Source: a virus (Duplodnaviria; Heunggongvirae; Uroviricota; Caudoviricetes). Taken from it: a stretch of DNA of 7,306 nt. The notes beneath the pieces were generated by a model that was not told the DNA's origin, did not search any database, and worked only from the letters and a program-made list of their open reading frames with translations. Location: IMG/VR virus record IMGVR_UViG_2706794671_000004; one strand, written 5' to 3'. The position numbers were made by a program, and so were the translations under genes. This document shows positions 1-6,907 of this stretch, in pieces. Every line of letters begins with the position of its first letter. Position 1 is the stretch's first letter.

Positions 1-76
1 TTTCTGGTGTGAGAACCTTAAGGAAACAACATGTTGGGTGGAGCGGACAATCCAAATGGCGAATTACCGTCTTATA

Positions 77-403
77 TCACTGGCGCTGACACTTCATCAC
101 CTCCGGACGTAAATCACCATCCTTTGGTGCATTCAGAAACGCGTTCAGTGTCCCCGGTGCATCAGTCGGTGCCACATCAATATCCCCGACACGGGTTGGC
201 TGCCAGCCGTTACAGTGAAGCGCAACCTCGTAATACCCCGGCTCAGCCTCAATCACATAAGCACCGTTATTGTCCGTCACGCAAGTGGCAACAACGTGTG
301 CCACAACGGTCGGACTGGTTCTTCTGGCCCGCAGTTCAATCGCACAATTTACGACAGGTTTACCCGCCCCATCTTTCAGTACACCTGAAATCTTTACTGC
401 CAT
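77..403 (-). pseudogene. stf: Side tail fibre (Stf-like) N-terminal fragment, apparently truncated after about 108 codons
   Basis: Minus-strand ORF 77..445; from the internal ATG at 403 the product begins MAVKISGVLKDGAGKPV..NC.I.L.A.R, matching the N-terminus of lambda Stf as I recall it, with PGTLN.FL and RPEV also conserved. It ends at TGA (77..79) after about 108 aa, whereas lambda Stf is several hundred aa. All three minus-strand frames below position 77 hit stops quickly. The ATG at 445 would add 14 aa and overlap the lom terminator hairpin, so 403 is the likelier start. Confidence 0.55.
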
Positions 404-414
404 ATTCACCCCAC

Positions 415-439
415 AAAAAGCCCGCCTGAACCAGCGGGC
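415..439 (-). terminator. Rho-independent terminator downstream of lom (hairpin plus U-tract on the minus-strand transcript)
   Basis: Plus strand 420..425 gcccgc and 434..439 gcgggc form a 6-bp all-GC stem with an 8-nt loop. On the minus-strand RNA the stem is followed directly by UUUUU (plus-strand aaaaa 415..419). It lies between the lom stop (467) and the stf start (403). Confidence 0.5.
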
Positions 440-466
440 AGTCATAACACTGTGTTACCTGGCTAA

Positions 467-1066
467 TCAGAACTTATAACCGACACCCACGATGAAACCG
501 TCAGTGCGCCAGTCACCACTGCCGGAACCTTCATAAGCAAGGTCAATGGCCACGGATTCGGTCGGGTTAAACTGCACGCCAGCCCCCCACGCCAGAGACG
601 TGTTGCTGTGGCGACCGCCATCACTTCCGGTCAGCACATCGTGCGTTTTCCCCTTGTTGTCAGTTACGCGGAGATAATCCCCGGAGAAGGTCGACACACG
701 GCTGTAAGCCACGCCCGCCATCGCATACGCGCTGAACCATTCATTCACGCGCACAGACGGCCCCGCCATCACGCTGAACCAGCGGTTACGCACGGAATCC
801 TCATGCCAGCGGGTATCGCTGTAATGCGTTTTTTGCTCATCTTCAGCGTTGGCATAACTGAATGACGTAATCAGCCCCAGCGTGTCCGTAAACTCATAAC
901 GGTATTTCACGTTAATGCCCTTCAGGTCATCGCTGCCTGGCATATCAGTATGGGTCTGAAGATACCCGGCGCTCAGCGTGGACTGATGTTCAGACGCCCA
1001 TGCAGGCGCACCGGATACGGCCAGACAGATGGCTGCGGACAAAATGGCTGCACAAACTTTACGCAT
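467..1066 (-). CDS. lom: Outer membrane protein Lom (Ail/Lom/OmpX/PagC family 8-strand beta-barrel)
   Basis: 199-aa ORF. N-terminal signal peptide MRKVCAAILSAAICLAVSGAPAWA with an AWA|S cleavage-type motif; alternating aromatic/hydrophobic beta-strand pattern; C-terminal ...GVGYKF ending in Phe, typical of outer-membrane barrels. Similar to lambda Lom as recalled, and in the lambda position (after J, before stf). SD-like GAGAGG (plus 1072..1077) sits 5 nt before the ATG. Confidence 0.9.
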   Translation of the reverse strand: MRKVCAAILSAAICLAVSGAPAWASEHQSTLSAGYLQTHTDMPGSDDLKGINVKYRYEFTDTLGLITSFSYANAEDEQKTHYSDTRWHEDSVRNRWFSVMAGPSVRVNEWFSAYAMAGVAYSRVSTFSGDYLRVTDNKGKTHDVLTGSDGGRHSNTSLAWGAGVQFNPTESVAIDLAYEGSGSGDWRTDGFIVGVGYKF

Positions 1067-1090
1067 AATTACCTCTCGCTTTTCTGCAAT

Positions 1091-1114
1091 AAAAAAGGCA
1101 CCATTTCTGGTGCC
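1091..1114 (-). terminator. Rho-independent terminator immediately downstream of J, upstream of lom
   Basis: Plus strand 1097..1103 ggcacca, loop tttc, 1108..1114 tggtgcc: a perfect 7-bp stem with 4-nt loop. On the minus-strand RNA it reads GGCACCA-GAAA-UGGUGCC followed by UUUUUU (plus aaaaaa 1091..1096). It sits 19 nt after the J stop and 24 nt before the lom ATG. Confidence 0.6.
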
Positions 1115-1133
1115 CGTATCTGGGTTATAAAAT

Positions 1134-4100
1134 TCAGCTAATCGTGATGCCTGCAGTGGCTTTCTTCATCACCACAACCAGCAAATCGCTGATACTTGCT
1201 GTGGGATACCAGCCATTTACCAGCCATGCCGATACAGAAAACTCCAGCGTCATGTGACCGTGACCGGCAGGCATATCAATAACACCCGTATATATCAGCG
1301 TATTATCCAGGGTCGTTCGGTTATAAATTTCAGCACCGTTTTTCTTCACTATCAGGCGGCATGACGAATAAATATTGTTATTCTTCCGCTCATGTTTAGC
1401 ACCGCGAAACGCCACCGCGGGAATAACAATTTGCCGATCAAACGGCTGATCGTCATAAACCCTGACGGTAATGGTCCCTGATGGCCACCTCTCCGGTGCC
1501 CGGGAGTCCCGTGGGAAAGGTTTGCCCACTGTTTTAACGAGATCGCCTTCAATCTGGTTCGCGGACAATTTTCCCAGAACCCGACAGTTCTTATTAATCG
1601 NNNNNNNNNNNNNNNNNNNNNNNNNNNNNNNNNNNNNNNNNNNNNNNNNNNNNNNNNNNNNNNNNNNNNNNNNNNNNNNNNNNNNNNNNNNNNNNNNNNN
1701 NNNNNNNNNNNNNNNNNNNNNNNNNNNNNNNNNNNNNNNNNNNNNNNNNNNNNNNNNNNNNNNNNNNNNNNNNNNNNNNNNNNNNNNNNNNNNNNNNNNN
1801 NNNNNNNNNNNNNNNNNNNNNNNNNNNNNNNNNNNNNNNNNNNTGCTGGCGTATTCTCAATACCGGCACCGATACCCGCAATATAAAGGCGTCCGTCCTT
1901 CATCTGTTGCAGCTTCACAGCCCACATGCTGTTCAGGTTATTATTTGTATCAACCTGAACTTTCTGTATCTGCTGGATTGCAGCACTCTGATTTTCCAGT
2001 TTTTTATTGACGGTTTGCGTGATTTCATTGCTGACATTCGTAATGGACGTCCTGATTTCAGTCAGGTCCGGCGCAAGCTGACCGTTATCAATCTGCGTCC
2101 ACAACTCCTTGCCGAGATGCGTTTTATTGATCAACCCTTTATAAAAATTCAGATAACCTTCTGCATCATCGCTCGCCCGACCGATGGCCTCCACAAATGC
2201 CGATTTGCCAACGGTGTTCACACTGCGAACGTAAAAATAATAATCATGGCCCGGCCTGATATTGATACTGGCGGCTATCCAGTACAGCGCCGTGCCAAGA
2301 TAGCGGGCGCTGGTTTCAACCTGCCTGATATCCGCAATCCGCTTTTCCGAAAACCAGAACTCAAACTGCACCGTCGGGTCATATACAGCCAGTTTCGGGA
2401 CCGCCGTTATCTGAAAATACCCCGGTATCAGTTCAATAGTGACAGGCGCTGCCGGTGCCGCAATCCGGAACGATACCGACGCCGGATCGCCCTGCTGCCC
2501 CCGGGCATTTACCGCCCGGACTGTCAGACTGTAATTCCCCAGCGCCAGCTGCCTGAAGCGGTATGTGGTTTCCGTCGTCCTGGCTGTGCTGACCAGCCGC
2601 TCACTGCCGTCGTCCGCTGCCACGGTCAGGCGAAGCAGGAAGCTCACACCCTTCACCACCTTCNNNNNNNNNNNNNNNNNNNNNNNNNNNNNNNNNNNNN
2701 NNNNNNNNNNNNNNNNNNNNNNNNNNNNNNNNNNNNNNNNNNNNNNNNNNNNNNNNNNNNNNNNNNNNNNNNNNNNNNNNNNNNNNNNNNNNNNNNNNNN
2801 NNNNNNNNNNNNNNNNNNNNNNNNNNNNNNNNNNNNNNNNNNNNNNNNNNNNNNNNNNNNNNNNNNNNNNNNNNNNNNNNNNNNNNNNNNNNNNNNNNNN
2901 NNNNNNNNNNNNNNNNNNNNNNNNNNNNNNNNNGATTGCCACTTCCGTCAACCAGGCTTATCAGCGTGGTACCGGAGGACGGCAGCGTGATTTCACGGTC
3001 GAGCGTCAGCGTCCGGGTCTGGCTGTTCACCGCCAGTACGCGACCACCGGTGCTGATACCGGCATAATCATCATCGCAGATTTCAATGACATCACCCGGT
3101 ACATGGCGAAGCCCTTCTGCGCCCACGCTGAAGTCCACGGTCTGCGTTTCCAGCAGTTCCGTTTTAATCAGCCACAGCCCGGCTCGGTGTGCCTGCCCCC
3201 GGCTGGTACAGCCAAAGGCATCCATCTTCGTGACATTACGACCGTAACGGGCAATGGCCTGCGTATCCTCCACAAGCTCTGTCGCCGTCTCCCAGCCGTT
3301 ATCTGGGTCAATCCAGTTCACCTCAACGGCATTATGGCGGTCCTTCAGGGCGCTGAAGCTGTAGCGGAACGGCGCGCCATCGTCCGGCATCACCACATTA
3401 CTGCGGTTATAGGTCCACACCTTATCCGACGGTCGGTCCTGCACGAACGTCAGCATCTGTCCGTTCCATACCGGCATACAGCGCATCGCCGAGCAGAAAT
3501 CACTGAGAACATCCCACGCCTTACGCTGTGTGGTCAGGTAAGAGTTACAGGTGATGCGCGGCTCCGTGCCGCCAAATCCGTCCGTCACTGACTGGTCGCA
3601 GTACTGGCCGATGACATACAGCGCCCATTTGTCCACATCTGCCGCACCAAGACGTTTCCCCATGCCGTAGCGCGGATGAGTGAGCATGTCCCACAGACAC
3701 CAGGCCATGTTGTTGCTGTATGCTGGCTTAAGCGTTCCGTCCCAGATACCGCTGTATTGCCGCGTCTGCGGGTTATAGTTCGACGGCACCTGCAGAATGC
3801 GCCCGCGAAGATGATAATTGCGACTCACCTGCTGGTTACCGAACTGCTCTGAATCCACCTGCACGCCGACCAGCGCCGTGTTCGGGTAGCACTGTTTCAC
3901 ATCGATGATTTCGGTGTACGACGACCAGAGCGTTTTGTTCTGCAGCTGGTCTGTGGTGCTGTCCGGTGTCATCCTGCGCATCCGGATATTAAACGGGCGC
4001 GGCGGCAGGTTACCCACCACCACCGAGGCCAGATACTGCGAAGTGGTTTTGCCCTTAATGGTGATGTCTTTTTCCGTCACCCAGCCACCGTTACGCTGTA

Positions 4101-4522
4101 TCTGAACCAGCAGGCGGACTTCCGACGGATTCCGGTCACNNNNNNNNNNNNNNNNNNNNNNNNNNNNNNNNNNNNNNNNNNNNNNNNNNNNNNNNNNNNN
4201 NNNNNNNNNNNNNNNNNNNNNNNNNNNNNNNNNNNNNNNNNNNNNNNNNNNNNNNNNNNNNNNNNNNNNNNNNNNNNNNNNNNNNNNNNNNNNNNNNNNN
4301 NNNNNNNNNNNNNNNNNNNNNNNNNNNNNNNNNNNNNNNNNNNNNNNNNNNNNNNNNNNNNNNNNNNNNNNNNNNNNNNNNNNNNNNNNNNNNNNNNNNN
4401 NNATCCACCGGACCGTCAACCGGCCCTTCGCTGATGGCATCAATCACACTCAGCAACTGCGTGGATTTCAGGTTGTCCTTCGCTTCGCGCGGGGTATGCC
4501 CCTTACTGCTGCCTTTACCCAT
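1134..4522 (-). CDS. J: Tail tip / central tail fibre host-specificity protein J (interrupted by three N-runs; reading frame not continuous across them)
   Basis: N-terminus at 4522 (ATG) reads [34 protein letters not shown], matching lambda gpJ. The middle segment 2934..4139 ([30 protein letters not shown]...SLVDGSGN) and segment 1844..2663 ([32 protein letters not shown]...MWAVK) are also J-like. The C-terminus 1134..1600 (..[43 protein letters not shown]...[14 protein letters not shown], stop TGA 1134..1136) aligns to the lambda J C-terminal receptor-binding region but is divergent. The span is 3389 nt, not a multiple of 3. Confidence 0.85.
1601..1843. other. Run of 243 N (masked or unresolved sequence) inside J
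   Basis: Counted directly from the sequence. Confidence 1.
2664..2933. other. Run of 270 N (masked or unresolved sequence) inside J
   Basis: Counted directly from the sequence. Confidence 1.
4140..4402. other. Run of 263 N (masked or unresolved sequence) inside J
   Basis: Counted directly from the sequence. Confidence 1.
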
Positions 4523-4544
4523 TCCTCACGCTCCATAAACGACA

Positions 4545-4564
4545 AAACCGCCCGCAGGCGGTTT
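4545..4564 (-). promoter_or_regulatory. Hairpin with trailing U-rich tract in the I-J intergenic region (weak terminator-like or RNA-stability element)
   Basis: Plus 4545..4552 aaaccgcc, loop cgca, 4557..4564 ggcggttt: a perfect 8-bp inverted repeat with a 5-bp GC core. On the minus-strand RNA the stem is followed by UUUUGUCGUUUAU and then the J SD/ATG (GAGGA ATG at 4522). Confidence 0.3.
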
Positions 4565-4582
4565 CACATAAAACATTTTGCA

Positions 4583-5224
4583 TCAGCGACCAATCACCAC
4601 AACCTGACCACCATCCCCTTCGTCTGCCGTGCTGATCTCCTGAGAAACCACACGTGACCCCACGCGCATTTCACCGTACAGAACGGGCAGAACATTGCCC
4701 TGGGCAACCATGTTATCCAGTGACGAGAAATACGTGTTCTGCTTACCGTTATCCGTTGTCTGTGTACGGGGAGTTCTGGCTTTCGGTGCCAGCATCTGTG
4801 CAACACCGCCAAGCGTCATACTGGCACCGAGAGAAAACAGCAGATTACTCGCCATAATTCCTACCCCCGGCATCCATATAGCAACCGCCATAACAGCCGC
4901 CCCCAGCACCGCCTGAAACACACCGCCACTTTTAGCTCCCACCAGACGCGGTACTATGTGGATCACTGCACCATTTGCCAGCGGCTCATTAAGACGGGCA
5001 GACAATTCGGTTTCACCTGCATCACGCCCGGCAATGCGCACCTGATACCAGCCGTCACTCAGTTTCTGACGAAACGCCGGGAGCTGTGTGGCCAGTGCCC
5101 GGATGGCTTCAGCCCCCGTTTTCACACGAAGGTCGATGCGGCGACCAAATCGTTGTAAATCCCCGTAAAGGCAGATGCGCGCCATGCCCGGTGACGCCAG
5201 AGGGAGTGTGTGCGTCGCTGCCAT
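4583..5224 (-). CDS. I: Tail assembly protein I (N-terminal ubiquitin-like domain family)
   Basis: 213-aa ORF, MAATHTLPLASPGMARICLYGDLQRFGRRIDLRVKTGAEAIRALATQLPAFRQKLSDGWYQVRIAGRD... and C-terminal ...NGKQNTYFSSLDNMVAQGNVLPVLYGEMRVGSRVVSQEISTADEGDGGQVVVIGR, near-identical at both ends to lambda gpI as recalled. Its start lies 103 nt inside the 3' end of K in another frame, as in lambda. Confidence 0.92.
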   Translation of the reverse strand: MAATHTLPLASPGMARICLYGDLQRFGRRIDLRVKTGAEAIRALATQLPAFRQKLSDGWYQVRIAGRDAGETELSARLNEPLANGAVIHIVPRLVGAKSGGVFQAVLGAAVMAVAIWMPGVGIMASNLLFSLGASMTLGGVAQMLAPKARTPRTQTTDNGKQNTYFSSLDNMVAQGNVLPVLYGEMRVGSRVVSQEISTADEGDGGQVVVIGR

Positions 5225-5865
5225 TTGTCGGTGTACCTCTCTCGTTTGCTCAGTTGTTCAGGAATATGGTGCAGCAGCCCGCCGTCACCGCAGTAAATGG
5301 CGGCATGATTCGGCACCGATGAACCAAAACAGCACAGCAGCACATCGCCCGGCTGTGCCTCTGTCAGTGCGACACGGTAAAAACCCGTCACCTCCATATT
5401 GTCAAGATAGAGATTCTGACCGTTACGCCACCAGTCATCCCCGCGATGAAAATCCGGCATCTCAATCCCTGCCAGATGATAAGCATCCCGGAACAGCGTG
5501 TAACAGTCCGTCACCCCGTGCTCAAAGCGCCGCCCGGTGAGATGCGGCACACAGCGGAACTTGTGAATCGCCCCCCGGCAGACCAGCCACCACGGCAAAT
5601 CACTCTGCACCTGCAGCCGCCGGTCAGCCTCACTCAGCCAGGGCAGACCACCGGGATGACTGTGGACCAGCGCCACAATCTCACCCTGCATTTGTGCCCG
5701 CAGCCAGTCCTCCGGAGCCATCCGGAACCGTTCCTCCGGCTCACCGGAGATATTCTCGCTGGGAAGATACCTGTCTCCCTCCGGCGTTCTTACCACGAAG
5801 CCACACGACTCCGCTGGCGCACATCGCCGGGCGTGCGCCAGAATCGCTGATTCTGTCTGTGTCAT
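5122..5865 (-). CDS. K: Tail assembly protein K (N-terminal MPN/JAB metalloprotease-like domain plus C-terminal NlpC/P60 papain-like domain)
   Basis: Reading frame of the 335-aa ORF 5122..6129; the K-like sequence starts at ATG 5865 (MTQTESAILAHARRCAPAESCGFVV...), 4 nt after the L stop, giving 247 aa. It contains the JAMM-type HSHPGG...SEADRR motif and a downstream Cys/His region (GVTDCYTLFRDAYH ... NHAAIYCGDGGLLHH) consistent with NlpC/P60. An alternative internal ATG at 5721 (MAPEDW..., preceded by AGGAA) would give 199 aa. Confidence 0.88.
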   Translation of the reverse strand: MTQTESAILAHARRCAPAESCGFVVRTPEGDRYLPSENISGEPEERFRMAPEDWLRAQMQGEIVALVHSHPGGLPWLSEADRRLQVQSDLPWWLVCRGAIHKFRCVPHLTGRRFEHGVTDCYTLFRDAYHLAGIEMPDFHRGDDWWRNGQNLYLDNMEVTGFYRVALTEAQPGDVLLCCFGSSVPNHAAIYCGDGGLLHHIPEQLSKRERYTDKWQRRTHSLWRHRAWRASAFTGIYNDLVAASTFV

Positions 5866-5869
5866 GGAT

Positions 5870-6568
5870 TTACTGAGAAAGTTTATTGATGGAAAGGAAA
5901 CCGCCGAAATTACCGGTATTGTTGCGCAACTCACACCCGCGCATACACTTGCTGCATTTGTCCTTCCGGATATCCGTCGTTGGTTTGTCGAACTCGTCAG
6001 CCACTGCCCTGCCCGTGTAACCACACTCATCAGAACGGTAAGTCCACATACAGGTATTCGCCAGCATGATACGCCCCGGGAAAACCGCGCCATCCGTCTC
6101 CGTTGGTGTGGCCAGCACAAAAGAGGCACTGACCGCGCTCAGTTCGCTGCACTGCTCGATGCGCCAGCGGCTGATCACCTCCTGTTCCGGATCGGCGTCG
6201 CTGTTTCCGTTGACGAAGTTCACCGCATCCAGAAAACGGGCGTAAACCTTACGCCTGACCACCGTTCCGCCGACCAGACTCTGCAGGTCTTCCGCCATCC
6301 CGGTGACCATTCCGTGCAGGTTAGAAACCGTCAGTGTCGGACGGGCAGCACTGCCCTTGCCGTTCAGTTCAAATCCCGTCCCCTGAATGGGGTATGCCTG
6401 ATACTGCCGCCCCTGCCAGGTAACCGGCTCACCTTTTTCGTTCTGCTCATTACAGAAAAAATAACGTTCACCACCGACCTCTGTCAGATCGATTTCCCAG
6501 AGCACCACCTGGGCTGACTGAGTGAGGCGTGTCGTCTCATGATGTGTTTCCTGTGGAATATCCTGCAT
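5870..6568 (-). CDS. L: Minor tail protein L (tail tip complex; Cys-rich C-terminal region)
   Basis: 232-aa ORF MQDIPQETHHETTRLTQSAQVVLWEIDLTEVGGERYFFCNEQNEKGEPVTWQGRQYQ..., very similar to lambda gpL as recalled and of the same length. C-terminal cysteines in NTCMWTYRSDECGY and DKCSKCMRGCELR. ATG at 6568 is preceded by GGAGG (plus cctcc 6573..6577) at 5-nt spacing. Confidence 0.93.
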   Translation of the reverse strand: MQDIPQETHHETTRLTQSAQVVLWEIDLTEVGGERYFFCNEQNEKGEPVTWQGRQYQAYPIQGTGFELNGKGSAARPTLTVSNLHGMVTGMAEDLQSLVGGTVVRRKVYARFLDAVNFVNGNSDADPEQEVISRWRIEQCSELSAVSASFVLATPTETDGAVFPGRIMLANTCMWTYRSDECGYTGRAVADEFDKPTTDIRKDKCSKCMRGCELRNNTGNFGGFLSINKLSQ

Positions 6569-6572
6569 CAGA

Positions 6573-6577
6573 GCCTC
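6573..6577 (-). promoter_or_regulatory. Shine-Dalgarno GGAGG for L, overlapping the M stop codon
   Basis: Minus strand reads TAGGAGGCTCTGATG: M stop TAG (6578..6580), GGAGG, 5-nt spacer, L ATG (6566..6568). Confidence 0.7.
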
Positions 6578-6907
6578 CTATGCCACGACCTGTTCAAAAT
6601 CTGCCGTTATGGTTACCCACAACGCCCCCACGCTTGCCGACCATTTACGACAAACCACCCTGATCGGCTTCCAGTCATAAGGTGGCGTCCACTGAAATGC
6701 GCGGACGCCACCGTGCCGTTCCAGAAAGGCTTTTAAAAATGGGTGTTCACCTTTACGAACACGTATCTTCACGCTGTAAGTCGACAACTGGTTATTCAGT
6801 CCCGCCGCACGACGCTGTTCATAACCATCGCCCAGCTTCACTGTCACCACTTTCGGCTCTGATACCACATTCATATCCGGGCGCACTTTCCAGTGAAACG
6901 TCTCCAT
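6578..6907 (-). CDS. M: Minor tail protein M
   Basis: 109-aa ORF METFHWKVRPDMNVVSEPKVVTVKLGDGYEQRRAAGLN...HGG..F.WTPPYDW...FEQVV, similar to lambda gpM (also 109 aa as recalled). Its ATG (6905..6907) overlaps the H stop TAA (6907..6909) by 1 nt (TAATG). Confidence 0.92.
   Translation of the reverse strand: METFHWKVRPDMNVVSEPKVVTVKLGDGYEQRRAAGLNNQLSTYSVKIRVRKGEHPFLKAFLERHGGVRAFQWTPPYDWKPIRVVCRKWSASVGALWVTITADFEQVVA

Noticed and set aside
31-429. Plus-strand ORF, 132 aa (MLGGADNPNGELPSY...)
   Set aside because: Antisense to the Stf-like N-terminal ORF and the lom terminator; low-complexity Pro/Ser/His-rich product with no recognisable fold or start context. Likely a chance ORF.
608-865. Plus-strand ORF, 85 aa, inside lom
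   Set aside because: Entirely antisense to the well-supported lom CDS; His/Arg-rich product typical of spurious antisense frames.
1115-1133. TATAAC-like hexamer between the J stop and the terminator as a possible lom promoter -10
   Set aside because: No acceptable -35 element at 16..18 bp spacing, and the terminator hairpin lies downstream of it, so I did not call a promoter.
1134-1568. 144-aa ORF listed as a separate gene
   Set aside because: Not an independent gene. This is the true C-terminal frame of J; the frame is open upstream of the listed TTG start to the N-run at 1601 and aligns to the lambda J C-terminus.
1352-1600. C-terminal 80 or so residues of the 435-aa ORF 1352..2659 after the N-run ([18 protein letters not shown]...)
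   Set aside because: Out-of-frame read-through. J homology continues in a different phase on this side of the N-run; this tail has no similarity to J and overlaps the real frame.
1907-3067. Plus-strand ORF, 386 aa, spanning an N-run
   Set aside because: Antisense to J; its length is inflated by X codons from the N-run; Arg/Cys-rich product with no recognisable motifs.
3103-3591. Plus-strand ORF, 162 aa
   Set aside because: Antisense to the best-conserved central part of J; no independent support.
1601-4402. N-runs as a biological repeat, spacer or CRISPR-like structure
   Set aside because: They are ambiguity characters, not sequence. Flanking sequence is continuous J coding sequence with no direct repeats.
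4403-4443. Apparent start [13 protein letters not shown] at 4443 for the 596-aa ORF
   Set aside because: Wrong frame relative to the J N-terminus ([15 protein letters not shown]... from 4522); a chance ATG that opens the ORF only because the N-run translates as X.
4594-4916. Short overlapping ORFs inside I (4594..4812 minus, 4654..4857 plus, 4695..4916 plus)
   Set aside because: All overlap the I CDS in other frames or antisense; no start context or homology.
5175-5850. Plus-strand ORFs of 121 and 134 aa antisense to K
   Set aside because: Antisense to K; Pro/Arg/His-rich products typical of spurious frames opposite GC-rich coding sequence.
5866-6129. N-terminal 88 residues of the 335-aa ORF 5122..6129 (MPLLCWPHQRRRMARF...)
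   Set aside because: This upstream extension of the K frame runs through the 3' end of L in another frame and has no K homology; the true K start is 5865 or 5721.
5864-6517. Plus-strand ORF, 217 aa, antisense to L
   Set aside because: Completely antisense to L, which is near-identical to lambda gpL; no motifs.
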